Of a stretch of 64,000 nucleotides of DNA, positions 18,962 to 28,423 are shown one piece after another. Each line of letters begins with the position of its first letter. Position 1 is the first letter of the stretch. Position numbers and translations under genes: made by a program. The stretch comes from Candidatus Bathyarchaeia archaeon (lineage in GTDB: Archaea; Thermoproteota; CALKCG01; B24): NCBI GenBank assembly GCA_038870975.1, contig JAVZJD010000002.1, forward strand, positions 544,001 through 608,000, written 5' to 3'. The notes beneath the pieces are model-generated. The model was not told the DNA's origin, did not search any database, and saw only the letters and a list, made by a program, of their open reading frames with translations.

Positions 18962-19335
18962 TCTTTGTAATGGAACTCCTCTGATACTATAGAAGATGGA
19001 TTTAAAAATTTGCTTATCACTTTTAAAGCATCCTCTAAGTTGAAATCTTTACACGTGTAAATGTCTATTGTGAAAAACTTAAAATCCCGCCAAGTATATA
19101 TGGAGACCCCGGATTCAACCCAGCCCATGTATCCGGCTAATCCTTTGTGGATCTGATGGCCTCGTGCGTCCGGGCTGAAAACTATAGGTTTTGTTAGCGG
19201 AGTCATTGATAACGCTTCAGCTAGTGCATCGAATAGTTTTTCAATAATGGATTCATCAATTTCCACAGTATAAAAACCCTCTATGAAGACTCTTTTCCTC
19301 TTAACCTGAGGTAGAAGATTTTTCAAAGCAGACAC
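18958..19335 (-). CDS. Pyruvoyl-dependent S-adenosylmethionine decarboxylase-family protein (divergent)
   Basis: W.ES cleavage site, SIYTW, DIYTC. Confidence 0.7.
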   Translation of the reverse strand: MSALKNLLPQVKRKRVFIEGFYTVEIDESIIEKLFDALAEALSMTPLTKPIVFSPDARGHQIHKGLAGYMGWVESGVSIYTWRDFKFFTIDIYTCKDFNLEDALKVISKFLNPSSIVSEEFHYKD

Positions 19336-19371
19336 TAAGAAAAGTACATCTTAAACAGGAGAAAAATAAGT

Positions 19372-20811
19372 TTACTTAAATTCATCGAAAACTATTGACG
19401 TACTTGTCTCCTCTATACCTAAACTTAAGCTTCTGACGCTCTGAGTTATACTATCTAAGAGACCAGTGCTGGATACGTCTTTAATATCGATAATGTAATC
19501 CCAGTAGCCCGTTATCTCTCTAATTCTAAACGGTACATTATATTTGGCAAGAAGTTTTCTAATGCCTTCTACTACGTCTTGTTCGCTATGTCCAGGTTTC
19601 ACTTTAACAAATATAATTGCATCACCTATGCTTACACTGAAGCCCGGTTTTGTTTTAACTGGTTTACCGGTTTCCTCTTGAATTATGTTCCACACTTCTG
19701 AAAGCCTTAAATCTCGACCCTTCTCCATGGATATGGTTCGTATTATATCAACTATCTTAGACTTAACCGCCTGGTCAATATCATACTCACTTAGAAGTAC
19801 CTCTATAAGCTCTTTAGACTGCATGGCTCCAAACTCGTACAGTCTTTCAAGGCCATATTTAGAGAAGTCTATTGTCTCATAGGTTTCAGGGCACTTTAAA
19901 ACAGCTTTTTGATGCGTACCAGCTTTATGAGTCCTAGCGAAAACCCCAACAATTGGATGAAATGGGTTAATCGGTATACCTGATATAGCAGATAGGTAAC
20001 TGTAGAGTTGAGGAATCTTTTTAAAGTCTACGCCAGTCTTCACACCGTAGAGAGATTCAAGGTTTTCAACCGAAGTTACTAAGTCGGCTATTCCGCATCT
20101 CTCTCCGATCCCCATAACGGTCACATCAAAGCTTCTAGCGCCGCCGAGTAGACCCATTATACTATTCACAACTGCCAGTCCTCTGTCATTATGGCAGTGG
20201 ACGTCTAGTGGAATATCTATCTCTTCTGACGCCTCAGCTAAAATTTCCCTAAATTGTAGGGGTTCGGCTTGACCTTTAGTATCCGGAATCTTCAATATGT
20301 CTGCTCCAGCTTCTTCAGCCACTTTTCCAACTTCTATGATTTTCTCAATTGGTAGACTGGTTGCATCTTCCATGGTGTATATGACGCATTCAAAGCCGAT
20401 ATTATTTTTAGCATAGTGTACCACGTCTCTTATGGTGGCTAAAGCCTTCTCATAACTCATTCCGTTGAGTTTGTAAAGAAGGTGTCTTTCTGTAGGTGAA
20501 AGGAAAATCGTAACCCCCCAAGTCCCACATTTCCAAGCGATATCAACATCTTCTCTCAAACATCTACAGTGTCCAATAAGTTTAGCATCACCATATCCAA
20601 GTTCTTTAAAATATTTTACGACGCTCTCGACGCCCACTCTATACTTGGGGCTATATGGTGAACCCACTTCCATGTATAGCTTTTCCCCTACTGTCTCATA
20701 GATCATCTTAGCTAGGGTACATTTTTCCTCTGGTTTGAAGTAAACTCTAGGTGTCTGTTCACCTTCTCTAAGGGTGGAGTCTATTATGTGTTCAAGCTTT
20801 ATAGATGACAC
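19372..20811 (-). CDS. Homocitrate synthase-like DRE-TIM enzyme with C-terminal RAM (Lrp ligand-binding) domain
   Basis: DSTLREGEQ, HCHNDRG, GIGERCG, HKAG.H; C-terminal EITGYWDYII...TSTSIV RAM-like domain. Confidence 0.82.
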   Translation of the reverse strand: MSSIKLEHIIDSTLREGEQTPRVYFKPEEKCTLAKMIYETVGEKLYMEVGSPYSPKYRVGVESVVKYFKELGYGDAKLIGHCRCLREDVDIAWKCGTWGVTIFLSPTERHLLYKLNGMSYEKALATIRDVVHYAKNNIGFECVIYTMEDATSLPIEKIIEVGKVAEEAGADILKIPDTKGQAEPLQFREILAEASEEIDIPLDVHCHNDRGLAVVNSIMGLLGGARSFDVTVMGIGERCGIADLVTSVENLESLYGVKTGVDFKKIPQLYSYLSAISGIPINPFHPIVGVFARTHKAGTHQKAVLKCPETYETIDFSKYGLERLYEFGAMQSKELIEVLLSEYDIDQAVKSKIVDIIRTISMEKGRDLRLSEVWNIIQEETGKPVKTKPGFSVSIGDAIIFVKVKPGHSEQDVVEGIRKLLAKYNVPFRIREITGYWDYIIDIKDVSSTGLLDSITQSVRSLSLGIEETSTSIVFDEFK

Positions 20812-20875
20812 GATTTAACCACCGCTTGACAACTACTACGATGATGTTTAACAGAATATAAGCTTTTCGGATATT

Positions 20876-21301
20876 CTATGAAGATTCTCTTAAAACTACG
20901 AGTGTATTTGTAGATTCTACGCCGTCAATTTTACGAATTTCGTCGATACAATTATTCAAATCGGATATACTAGCACCTTTTATTATAGCTACTATATCGT
21001 AAAGCCCTGAAACCTCGTACACCGCTTCAATATTGGGGAGTTTTCTGATTTTCTCGGAGACCGTGGGCAGAGGATAGGAAGTTCTAGCAGATATGAGGAC
21101 AAGAGCCCTCAATGACGGTTCTGGAAGAACAACTTCAATGGTAAATCTTTTTATAACTCCGTCTCTAACAAGCCTGTTGATTCTTCTTCTAACGGCACCT
21201 TCTGTAACACCTACAATTTGGGCTAACGCTGTGTATTTTACCCTTGAGTTTTTCTTAAGTATTTCAAGAATCTGTTTATCAATATCGTCAAGTTTAACCA
21301 T
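20876..21301 (-). CDS. lysM: Lrp/AsnC transcription regulator (LysM-like)
   Basis: LDDIDKQIL..L..NSR, TEGAVRRRI, YEVSG.YDI, LN.CIDEIR; adjacent to homocitrate synthase. Confidence 0.8.
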   Translation of the reverse strand: MVKLDDIDKQILEILKKNSRVKYTALAQIVGVTEGAVRRRINRLVRDGVIKRFTIEVVLPEPSLRALVLISARTSYPLPTVSEKIRKLPNIEAVYEVSGLYDIVAIIKGASISDLNNCIDEIRKIDGVESTNTLVVLRESS

Positions 21302-21415
21302 TAAAAGTATTATTTATCAGCTTAATTTTTTAATTTAACTCTCTAAAAGTAGAAAACCATTTATGAGAGACAAGTCTTTACAAGACTGAAGCCTCTCAAA
21401 AACGAGTGATACAAA

Positions 21416-23530
21416 ATGGGTCGAGAAGACCTCAACGCCATTTTAAAGCCAAACTCCATAGCCATAATAGGGGCATCTAGAAGGACCGAAGCCGTCGGTA
21501 ACCGTATTGTAAGGAATATTTTAGATAGCGGGTTTAAAGGACCAGTTTACCCGGTCAACCCTAATGCAGATGAAATCTATGGGTTAAAGTGTTATCCGTC
21601 GATAATGAGCATAGAAGATAGCGTAGACTTGGCCGTTATAGCAGTCCGATCTAACATGGTTCCAATGGTCGCTGAAGAAGCTGGTAGGAAAGGTGTTAAA
21701 GGGCTTATTGTGATATCAGCTGGGTTCAAAGAGATTGGTGATGAGGGAGCTAAACTCGAGAGAGAGCTTCTTAGCATATGTCGGAAGTATAATATGAGAA
21801 TGGTGGGTCCAAACTGCTTAGGCGTTATAAACACATCGACGCCAATGAACGCAACTTTCGCTTCTTCTAAGCCATTGCCGGGTAAAATAGCATTATTATC
21901 GCAGAGTGGGGCCTTATGTTCAGCTATACTGGACTGGGCTCCCAAAGAGGGGCTGGGCTTTAGCGTAGTTATAAGCCTAGGCAACAGCGCAGACCTTAAT
22001 ATTATCGATTTTATAGAAGCTCTAAAGGACGATGAGAATACTAAGGTTATAGCTTGTTACATGGAGGGGGTATCTGATGGAGCTCGATTCGTAGAGGTTG
22101 CTAGAGAAACCTCAAGAAAAAAGCCTATAATTGTACTTAAAGCTGGTTTAACAAGTATGGGTGTTAGAGCGGTTTCATCGCATACTGGGTCTATGGCAGG
22201 TAGTGCCGTCGCATACTCAACCGCGTTTAAGAAATGTGGTGTTATTCAAGTAGAGTCTATTGAGGAATTGTTCAACAACTCTAGGGCATTTGCATCACAG
22301 CCTATTCCTAACGGTAGAAATGTAGCCATATTAACGAATGCTGGTGGGCCAAGTATAGTCGCGACGGATGCTTGTGAAAAATTTGGCTTGGTATTAGCAT
22401 GGCTATCAGACGAGACGATAGATGGCCTTAGAGCGTTTCTTCCAGAGCAGGCTTCGATCATAAACCCAGTGGATGTACTTGGAGACGCTACGGCTGAGAG
22501 ATATGAAAGAGCCTTAAGACTACTGCTTAAGGATCAAGGAATAGATGCCGTTGTGGTTATTCTAACTCCACAGGCAGTTACAGAGCCCAATGAGACGGCT
22601 AAGGCTTTGGCTAGAATCCATAACGAGTATCCAGACAAACCGATTCTAGCCGTCTTTATGGGAGGTGATTCTCTAAGTGAGGCAATCGATATTCTTAAAA
22701 GTAACTACATACCAGTTTACGAGTTCCCAGAAGATGCTATTAAAACTCTCAGAAATATGGTTGACTATGCTGAATACCTTAGAATACGGTACAGGGAGGA
22801 GCCTTTTGAGTTTGAAAGAAATATAAACCTTGTACGAAGAATCGTAGAGAGAGCTAAGACTGAGGGTAGAACTGTGCTACTTAGTCATGAGGCTAAAGCC
22901 GTTATAAGGGCATATGGTTTAAACGTTCCCAGGTCTGGTTTTGCTCAAAACCTTAGACAGGCTCTAAGCATAGCAAATAGCATTGGTTATCCTGTAGCTT
23001 TGAAAATAGTCTCTCCACATATAGTGCATAAAACAGACGTTGGAGGTGTTGTTTTAAACATAAACTCAGACTATGAGCTAGAAAATGCCTATGATTCCAT
23101 GATGCGTAACATTGCAACTCTACTGCCTCAAGCGCGCATATACGGTGTAGAAGTTCAAGAAATGGTTCCACCCGGTAAGGAGGTCATCGTTGGAATACAT
23201 AGAGACCTCCAGTTTGGGCCTTTGATCATGTTTGGGCTTGGGGGCGTATATGTAAACTTAATGAGAGATGTAAGTTTTAGATTGGTTCCACTGAATCGTA
23301 GAGAAGCTTACAACATGATAATGGAGACTAAAGCCTACAGCCTCTTAAGAGGGTTTAGAGGTGAGACACCTTCAGATGTAGAGTCTGTCGTAGATGTATT
23401 GCTAAGGGTATCAAAGCTAGCATTAGATTTTAAAGAAATTGCCGAGTTGGATATCAACCCATTAATAGTTTATGAGAGGGGGAAAAATTCTTTAGCTTTA
23501 GATGTTAAGATAACCTTGTCGTACAGTTAA
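21416..23530 (+). CDS. ADP-forming acetate/acyl-CoA ligase, fused alpha-beta
   Basis: GPNCLG, SQSGA, SSHTGS phospho-His, HKTDVGGV, LDINP. Confidence 0.92.
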   Translation: MGREDLNAILKPNSIAIIGASRRTEAVGNRIVRNILDSGFKGPVYPVNPNADEIYGLKCYPSIMSIEDSVDLAVIAVRSNMVPMVAEEAGRKGVKGLIVISAGFKEIGDEGAKLERELLSICRKYNMRMVGPNCLGVINTSTPMNATFASSKPLPGKIALLSQSGALCSAILDWAPKEGLGFSVVISLGNSADLNIIDFIEALKDDENTKVIACYMEGVSDGARFVEVARETSRKKPIIVLKAGLTSMGVRAVSSHTGSMAGSAVAYSTAFKKCGVIQVESIEELFNNSRAFASQPIPNGRNVAILTNAGGPSIVATDACEKFGLVLAWLSDETIDGLRAFLPEQASIINPVDVLGDATAERYERALRLLLKDQGIDAVVVILTPQAVTEPNETAKALARIHNEYPDKPILAVFMGGDSLSEAIDILKSNYIPVYEFPEDAIKTLRNMVDYAEYLRIRYREEPFEFERNINLVRRIVERAKTEGRTVLLSHEAKAVIRAYGLNVPRSGFAQNLRQALSIANSIGYPVALKIVSPHIVHKTDVGGVVLNINSDYELENAYDSMMRNIATLLPQARIYGVEVQEMVPPGKEVIVGIHRDLQFGPLIMFGLGGVYVNLMRDVSFRLVPLNRREAYNMIMETKAYSLLRGFRGETPSDVESVVDVLLRVSKLALDFKEIAELDINPLIVYERGKNSLALDVKITLSYS

Positions 23531-23547
23531 GTGGGTGGTGTAAAAGT

Positions 23548-24657
23548 TTGGATGGGAAACCTCTAAGTTTATATGTGGCATCAACAGGGAGGGAGAGCTT
23601 CGGTAAAACCGCATTATGTGTAGGGCTATCTCTTCTCTTTAGAGAAGAGGGACTTAAGGTTGGCTTTTTTAAACCCCTCGGCTGGAACAACTTCCTCTAT
23701 AAAAATGTTAGAACAGATGAAGATGCCGCTTTAATGAAAGAATTGTTGCGACTTGAAGAAGATATTCAAACAATTTCACCTATAATTTTAAGCTACTTTT
23801 ACATTGAGAAGCTCAATTCTATGGATAGGAGTGTCATCTTAGAATCTATAAGAGAAAGCTTTGAGAAGATATGTGAGGGCAAGGATATTATACTTGTAGA
23901 AGCCCTACACGAATTATCGTCTGGTAAATCCATGGGTCTTTCAAGCGTTGACATAGCTCAACAGTTAAATTTGAGTATGATTCTAGTATCGTCCGTTCAA
24001 AGAGATCACGTAGTAGATGAAATAGTATTCAATAAATCGTACATAGTCGAGAAGAACGTTGAGTTCCTCGGACTTATAATGAATAATGTTTCTACGGGTG
24101 ATTTGGATAGAGTAAAGCGGGTTTATATCCCAATTCTTGAGAAGAACGACGTAGAAATATGGGGAGTTGTACCTGAGAATTCAAATCTGAAGAGTCCGAC
24201 TGGCTTAGAAGTCAAAGAGCAACTTAGGGCTGAGGTCTTAACATGCGAAGAGAGGTTGGAAGAAGTTTTAGTTGAAAACTATATCGTAGGTGCTATGACT
24301 CCTGATAGTGCTTTAAGGTATTTCAGGGCAACACCTAGGAAAGCTGTAATAACTGGCGGAGATAGACCTGAAATATGTCTCGTTGCATTGGAAACCGATA
24401 CTTCTCTGTTAGTGCTTACTGGAAATCTACGTCCAAGCCCATTGGTGCTTAGTAAGGCTAAAGAGAAAGGAGTTCCCGTTCTCTTGGTTCCGTATGATAC
24501 CTATACTACGGTGAATATGCTTCAAGATATAGCTGGTAAGATTAGATACGGAGATAGTAAGCGGATTAATCTGGCTAAACAACTCGTATCAGAAAACGTG
24601 AACTGGAGAGGTTTATGGAAAGCCCTTGAGAACAAGCGGAGTAAAAGCCAGATATAA
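23548..24657 (+). CDS. Phosphotransacetylase N-terminal-like protein (BioD-like P-loop plus DRTGG domain)
   Basis: GKT, FKP, IVGAM, ITGGDRPE; no Pta catalytic domain. Confidence 0.85.
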   Translation: MDGKPLSLYVASTGRESFGKTALCVGLSLLFREEGLKVGFFKPLGWNNFLYKNVRTDEDAALMKELLRLEEDIQTISPIILSYFYIEKLNSMDRSVILESIRESFEKICEGKDIILVEALHELSSGKSMGLSSVDIAQQLNLSMILVSSVQRDHVVDEIVFNKSYIVEKNVEFLGLIMNNVSTGDLDRVKRVYIPILEKNDVEIWGVVPENSNLKSPTGLEVKEQLRAEVLTCEERLEEVLVENYIVGAMTPDSALRYFRATPRKAVITGGDRPEICLVALETDTSLLVLTGNLRPSPLVLSKAKEKGVPVLLVPYDTYTTVNMLQDIAGKIRYGDSKRINLAKQLVSENVNWRGLWKALENKRSKSQI

Positions 24658-24768
24658 GGTTATTTAAAGTTTAAAACAATGCATTTAAAAACCATTCCAA
24701 AATACAATTCAATAAAGATAAGGAATATAAGTCAGATTTTTAATCTAGAATAGGTAAGGAGGATTTCC

Positions 24769-24936
24769 ATGCCAGTAAGAGACCCGGCTAAAAAAGCCAT
24801 AGCTCAAGCTAGGAGACTGTTTATTAAAATTTGCCGTACATGCGGAGCTAGAAATTCTCCGAAGGCAGAAAAATGTAGGAAGTGCCACTCATACAACCTC
24901 AGGTGGAAACATAGAGAAATCATGGGTAAGAAGTAG
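24769..24936 (+). CDS. rpl40e: 50S ribosomal protein L40e (missed by the ORF track)
   Basis: MPVRDP...KICRTCGARN...KCRKCHSYNLRWK; AGGAGG RBS upstream. Confidence 0.95.
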   Translation: MPVRDPAKKAIAQARRLFIKICRTCGARNSPKAEKCRKCHSYNLRWKHREIMGKK

Positions 24937-24980
24937 ATTTAAAACTTAAAATCCCAATTTCCTAGAACAGTTATAGTATG

Positions 24981-25055
24981 GGGCCGGTAGTCTAGCTTGG
25001 TATGGACGCCACGCTCACACCGTGGAGATCGCCGGTTCAAATCCGGCCCGGCCCA
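24981..25055 (+). tRNA. tRNA-Val(CAC), intronless, CCA not encoded
   Basis: Acceptor GGGCCGG/CCGGCCC, anticodon stem CCACG/CGTGG with loop CTCACAC, T arm GCCGG-TTCAAAT-CCGGC. Confidence 0.97.
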
Positions 25056-25217
25056 CGCGAATTTTTAAGTAAATTCTTAAATGTTGAAACGTTTATGATA
25101 ATACCCCTCCTACTCCGGACATTATCTATCTCCGACTGCTGGTTTTATCGCTTTACGGTAGAATTTCTTAAATGTTTATAAGCACAGTTCCACGATTCCA
25201 TATTTGGAAGATTTTAC

Positions 25218-25538
25218 ATGAAGCTTCCGGGTAAAGCCATCGTGTGGCTTATTTATTTTGACGCTTCTATAACCCGTAGATTTGGAAGAAGAGTCCCGCG
25301 AAAACTGGCTGTTGAATCTCCAACTCTAGAAGAACTTGTTGAGGCATGTAAACGGCTTAATCTAAGTTTTCAGGTGAGGGAGTCTGCTAGATACCCTAGG
25401 ATGTGGTGGAGTAGAAGAGGCTATGTTATAGTGGATAAGTCTACATCTAAGGGGAGGCTTCTAGAGGCATTAGCCTTGGAAATGAGGCTGTTAAGAGGTG
25501 AAAAAAGTAGACATGGAGGTTATTTAGAAAAATCTTGA
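25218..25538 (+). CDS. srp19: Signal recognition particle protein SRP19
   Basis: W.IYFD...RR.GRRVP..LAV..P, YPR.WW. Confidence 0.93.
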   Translation: MKLPGKAIVWLIYFDASITRRFGRRVPRKLAVESPTLEELVEACKRLNLSFQVRESARYPRMWWSRRGYVIVDKSTSKGRLLEALALEMRLLRGEKSRHGGYLEKS

Positions 25539-25586
25539 AATAGAAAACTTTATTTAAGCTTTTTAGATTTTTACTTCCCTGTCCCC

Positions 25587-25844
25587 TTGAAAAATCCTAA
25601 AAAACCTCAAATTTTACGAGCGGCTGGTAGAGTGTTTACAATTTCTAAGCAAGGCAGTATCATAGTTAAACTTGAGGGCTTTGTACCGCGACTTGGTACA
25701 AAAGTTTATGATAAAAACCTTAAACCCTTAGGGGTTGTAGTAGATGTGATAGGTAATGTTAAGTCTCCATATATGGTTGTGAGGCCTCTTGAATCTAAAG
25801 AATCTGGTAAAATAGTGGGGGATAGCCTTTACGTTAAAGATTAA
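25587..25844 (+). CDS. gar1: H/ACA RNP subunit Gar1
   Basis: VYD....G.V.DVIGNV.SPY; srp19-gar1-tfb synteny. Confidence 0.88.
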   Translation: MKNPKKPQILRAAGRVFTISKQGSIIVKLEGFVPRLGTKVYDKNLKPLGVVVDVIGNVKSPYMVVRPLESKESGKIVGDSLYVKD

Positions 25845-25863
25845 CCCTCCTAGGGGGGTTTGT

Positions 25864-26775
25864 TTGAGTGGTGGAGTAAAGTGCCCCGAGTGTGGAAATC
25901 GTAATCTTATTAAGGACCATGATTCAGGCGAAATCGTATGTTCCAACTGTGGTTATGTTATTGATGACAGACTTCCAGACAGTGGTCCAGAGTGGAGAGC
26001 TTTTGACGATGAACAGCGTAATAAGAGGTCTAGAGTTGGAGCTCCTACAACTTATACCATGCATGATAAAGGACTTTCTACGACTATAGACTGGAAGCGG
26101 TTTTCATATTCAACTAGAAAGATGGATCAAACAAAGGCTTTGCAGATATATAATCTTCGTAAATGGCAGAGAAGGATTAGACTCTCAGATTCTTCCGAGA
26201 GAAATCTTGCTTTTGCTCTTACGGAGTTGAGTAAAATATCTATGTCACTAAACACTCCAAAGCACGTTCTTGAAACGGCTTCACTGATCTACCGGAAGGC
26301 TCTTAAGAAGAGGCTTATAAGGGGTAGGAGTATTCAAGGGATCGTTGCGGCTTCCATATACATGGCGTGTAGACTCTGCGGTTTGGCTAGAACGTTAGAT
26401 GAGATTTCAAGGGTAACGATGATGGATAAGAGAGAGATAGCCAGGAGCTACCGTTTTATAGTTAAAGAACTTAGCGAATTTATCCCCCCAGTAGACCCAA
26501 TCGCCTATGTATCTAGATTTTCGAATCAATTGGGTATCCAAGGAAGAACTGAGGAAATAGCATGCGAGATAGTTAAAAAAGCCGTAGAGCTTAAACTTAC
26601 TTGTGGTCGGGGTCCTACTGGCGTAGCGGCAGCGGCTTTATATCTCGCGTCAATTCTAACTGGAAATAGACGAACGCAACGTGAGGTTGCCGAAGTGGCC
26701 AATGTAACGGAGGTTACTGTAAGAAACAGATATTCAGACATTTTAAAAAACCTCGACATAATCATCTGGGTTTAA
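25864..26775 (+). CDS. tfb: Transcription initiation factor IIB
   Basis: Zn ribbon CPECG/CSNCG, GPEWRAF, cyclin repeats, TEVTVRNRY. Confidence 0.97.
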   Translation: MSGGVKCPECGNRNLIKDHDSGEIVCSNCGYVIDDRLPDSGPEWRAFDDEQRNKRSRVGAPTTYTMHDKGLSTTIDWKRFSYSTRKMDQTKALQIYNLRKWQRRIRLSDSSERNLAFALTELSKISMSLNTPKHVLETASLIYRKALKKRLIRGRSIQGIVAASIYMACRLCGLARTLDEISRVTMMDKREIARSYRFIVKELSEFIPPVDPIAYVSRFSNQLGIQGRTEEIACEIVKKAVELKLTCGRGPTGVAAAALYLASILTGNRRTQREVAEVANVTEVTVRNRYSDILKNLDIIIWV

Positions 26776-26831
26776 TAGAAATGTTTACTTAACCCTGCTA
26801 CCTTTTATTTTTCACGTCGGAGGATAATGCA

Positions 26832-27191
26832 TTGACGACTAGCGGTAAGAAGCGAAGAAACCTTGAAAAATTGGCTTTAAAGATAATCAACGAGAGTGGT
26901 GATGGGGGCATTCTACAAAGCGACTTATGGAAACGCATAGGCGTTACTAGTAGAGAAGGCTCTAGGATAGCGATTAGACTCGAGAAGAAGAAGCTTATAA
27001 GGAGGGAAAAAGAGTACCATTCAAAACGATGGACATACCGTCTATACCCAGTCAAAAAAAACCATCCATTCTTCCCAGTAGTAGAAAGCCCATGTATAAT
27101 ATGCGCAAACAACTCCAAATGTAGTGTCGAAGGAGTTGTCTCCCCCATTAACTGTAGGAAAATCATAGAGTGGGTTTTAAAGAGCGGGTAA
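26832..27191 (+). CDS. TFE-beta / archaeal RPC34-like protein (winged helix plus Fe-S domain)
   Basis: GILQSDLWK wHTH; C-terminal PCxxCx4Cx7PxxCx4W four-Cys cluster; located between tfb and trm1. Confidence 0.8.
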   Translation: MTTSGKKRRNLEKLALKIINESGDGGILQSDLWKRIGVTSREGSRIAIRLEKKKLIRREKEYHSKRWTYRLYPVKKNHPFFPVVESPCIICANNSKCSVEGVVSPINCRKIIEWVLKSG

Positions 27192-28359
27192 TCTCATTAA
27201 TCCCGTTTAAGATTTCCCTCAGAGGCGCATTTGTTCTAAATCCCTTGCCGTCGAAATGCGTTGGAGACGCATTATAACCCATTTCTCTAAGCTTTTCGAG
27301 CACTAAGGATTTAGATGGTGGGGGTATCTTGAGGAAAGAGGCTAATTCATCTATGACGTAATACGTTGGATCACCTAGAGATTCGGAAGCTATGGTTTCT
27401 AAAAGTTTGCCAAGCCTTCTGTTACTGCTTAAATGCGAATTTTTGTACTCTACAACTAACTGGTCGCAGAATTCTACATCGAAAAGTTCTCCAATCCACA
27501 GTGGACCAGCCCATTCCAACCTGTAGCCACAGTTCGGGCATAGATTAACCATATTATCTCCTAAGTCTACAAATTTCCTGTATAAGCAGTTGAAGCAGTG
27601 GTTTAAATACCCCAGTTTATCCAGAGTCTTCTCAGCCGCCATTGTGCCACGAGTGGTTTCAACGTATACTCTGATGTACTGTGACGTTCTATGGACGAGC
27701 AGAGGCTTAAGACCTCTATTGAGCAACGTACAATTTCTCGCGATAAAGCCCAGCAGAATTCTTACGGCTACTTCTGGATAATACTCAGTTTTTAAGGGTT
27801 TAGACCAATATCTTCTAAGACATGTCCTTGGATACCTTCCAGATAAAGGCGCCGTATCAGTCGCTGTTACAGCTAGTACACCCCCTATTTTAAGGCTTAG
27901 GAGAGCTGGCTGTATGAAAAATGCCGGAGAACCGAAAGGATCTACATCTACGAAGTCGAAACCATCCTGACGTATATCCTTCCTTAAAAGAAGTTCCCGA
28001 GCATCTAAATTAAAAACTTTTGCCTTTTCAGAGAAGCCGTTAGCCTTAAGGTTTATACGTATGAATTCCAATGCATCTGAGTTTAAATCATTTATAACTG
28101 CTTCCTTAACACTTAACCCTTCCATTAGAAATCTAATGCCTCTAACACCGCATCCGGCGAGTGGATCGCAGACCCTCAAATCTCCGCCTCTCTTTCTAGA
28201 GAGGACTCTAACAGCTAAAACAGCTATATCTCTATTTAAGGAGGCCTCAGGATTGTAGAAAACACGGGGTTTAGGTCTCCTTTCAGATAACGGTTTCAAT
28301 GCTTGAGATGTTAGGAATAAACGTACAAGTCCCTCTCTAGTCTCAACAAGACCATTCAA
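27163..28359 (-). CDS. trm1: tRNA (guanine26-N2)-dimethyltransferase
   Basis: VFYNP..LNRD, DPFGSP, TATD, GPLW.G, THF. Confidence 0.95.
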   Translation of the reverse strand: MNGLVETREGLVRLFLTSQALKPLSERRPKPRVFYNPEASLNRDIAVLAVRVLSRKRGGDLRVCDPLAGCGVRGIRFLMEGLSVKEAVINDLNSDALEFIRINLKANGFSEKAKVFNLDARELLLRKDIRQDGFDFVDVDPFGSPAFFIQPALLSLKIGGVLAVTATDTAPLSGRYPRTCLRRYWSKPLKTEYYPEVAVRILLGFIARNCTLLNRGLKPLLVHRTSQYIRVYVETTRGTMAAEKTLDKLGYLNHCFNCLYRKFVDLGDNMVNLCPNCGYRLEWAGPLWIGELFDVEFCDQLVVEYKNSHLSSNRRLGKLLETIASESLGDPTYYVIDELASFLKIPPPSKSLVLEKLREMGYNASPTHFDGKGFRTNAPLREILNGINEITRSLKPTL

Positions 28360-28423
28360 GGATTCTACCTCAAATTTACAAATTTAGACTTGACATCTGT
28401 CTTGCCATCTCAAAGATTTGAAC

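Noticed and set aside
19372-19650. Lrp-like domain fused to the synthase as a novel architecture
   Set aside because: A C-terminal RAM domain is already known for crenarchaeal homocitrate synthase
24981-25217. tRNA-Val as an integration site
   Set aside because: No duplicated tRNA 3' end or adjacent integrase was seen; both flanks are core genes
26832-27191. wHTH-Cys4 protein as a novel regulator
   Set aside because: Matches the known TFE-beta/RPC34-like family in its usual tfb-trm1 context
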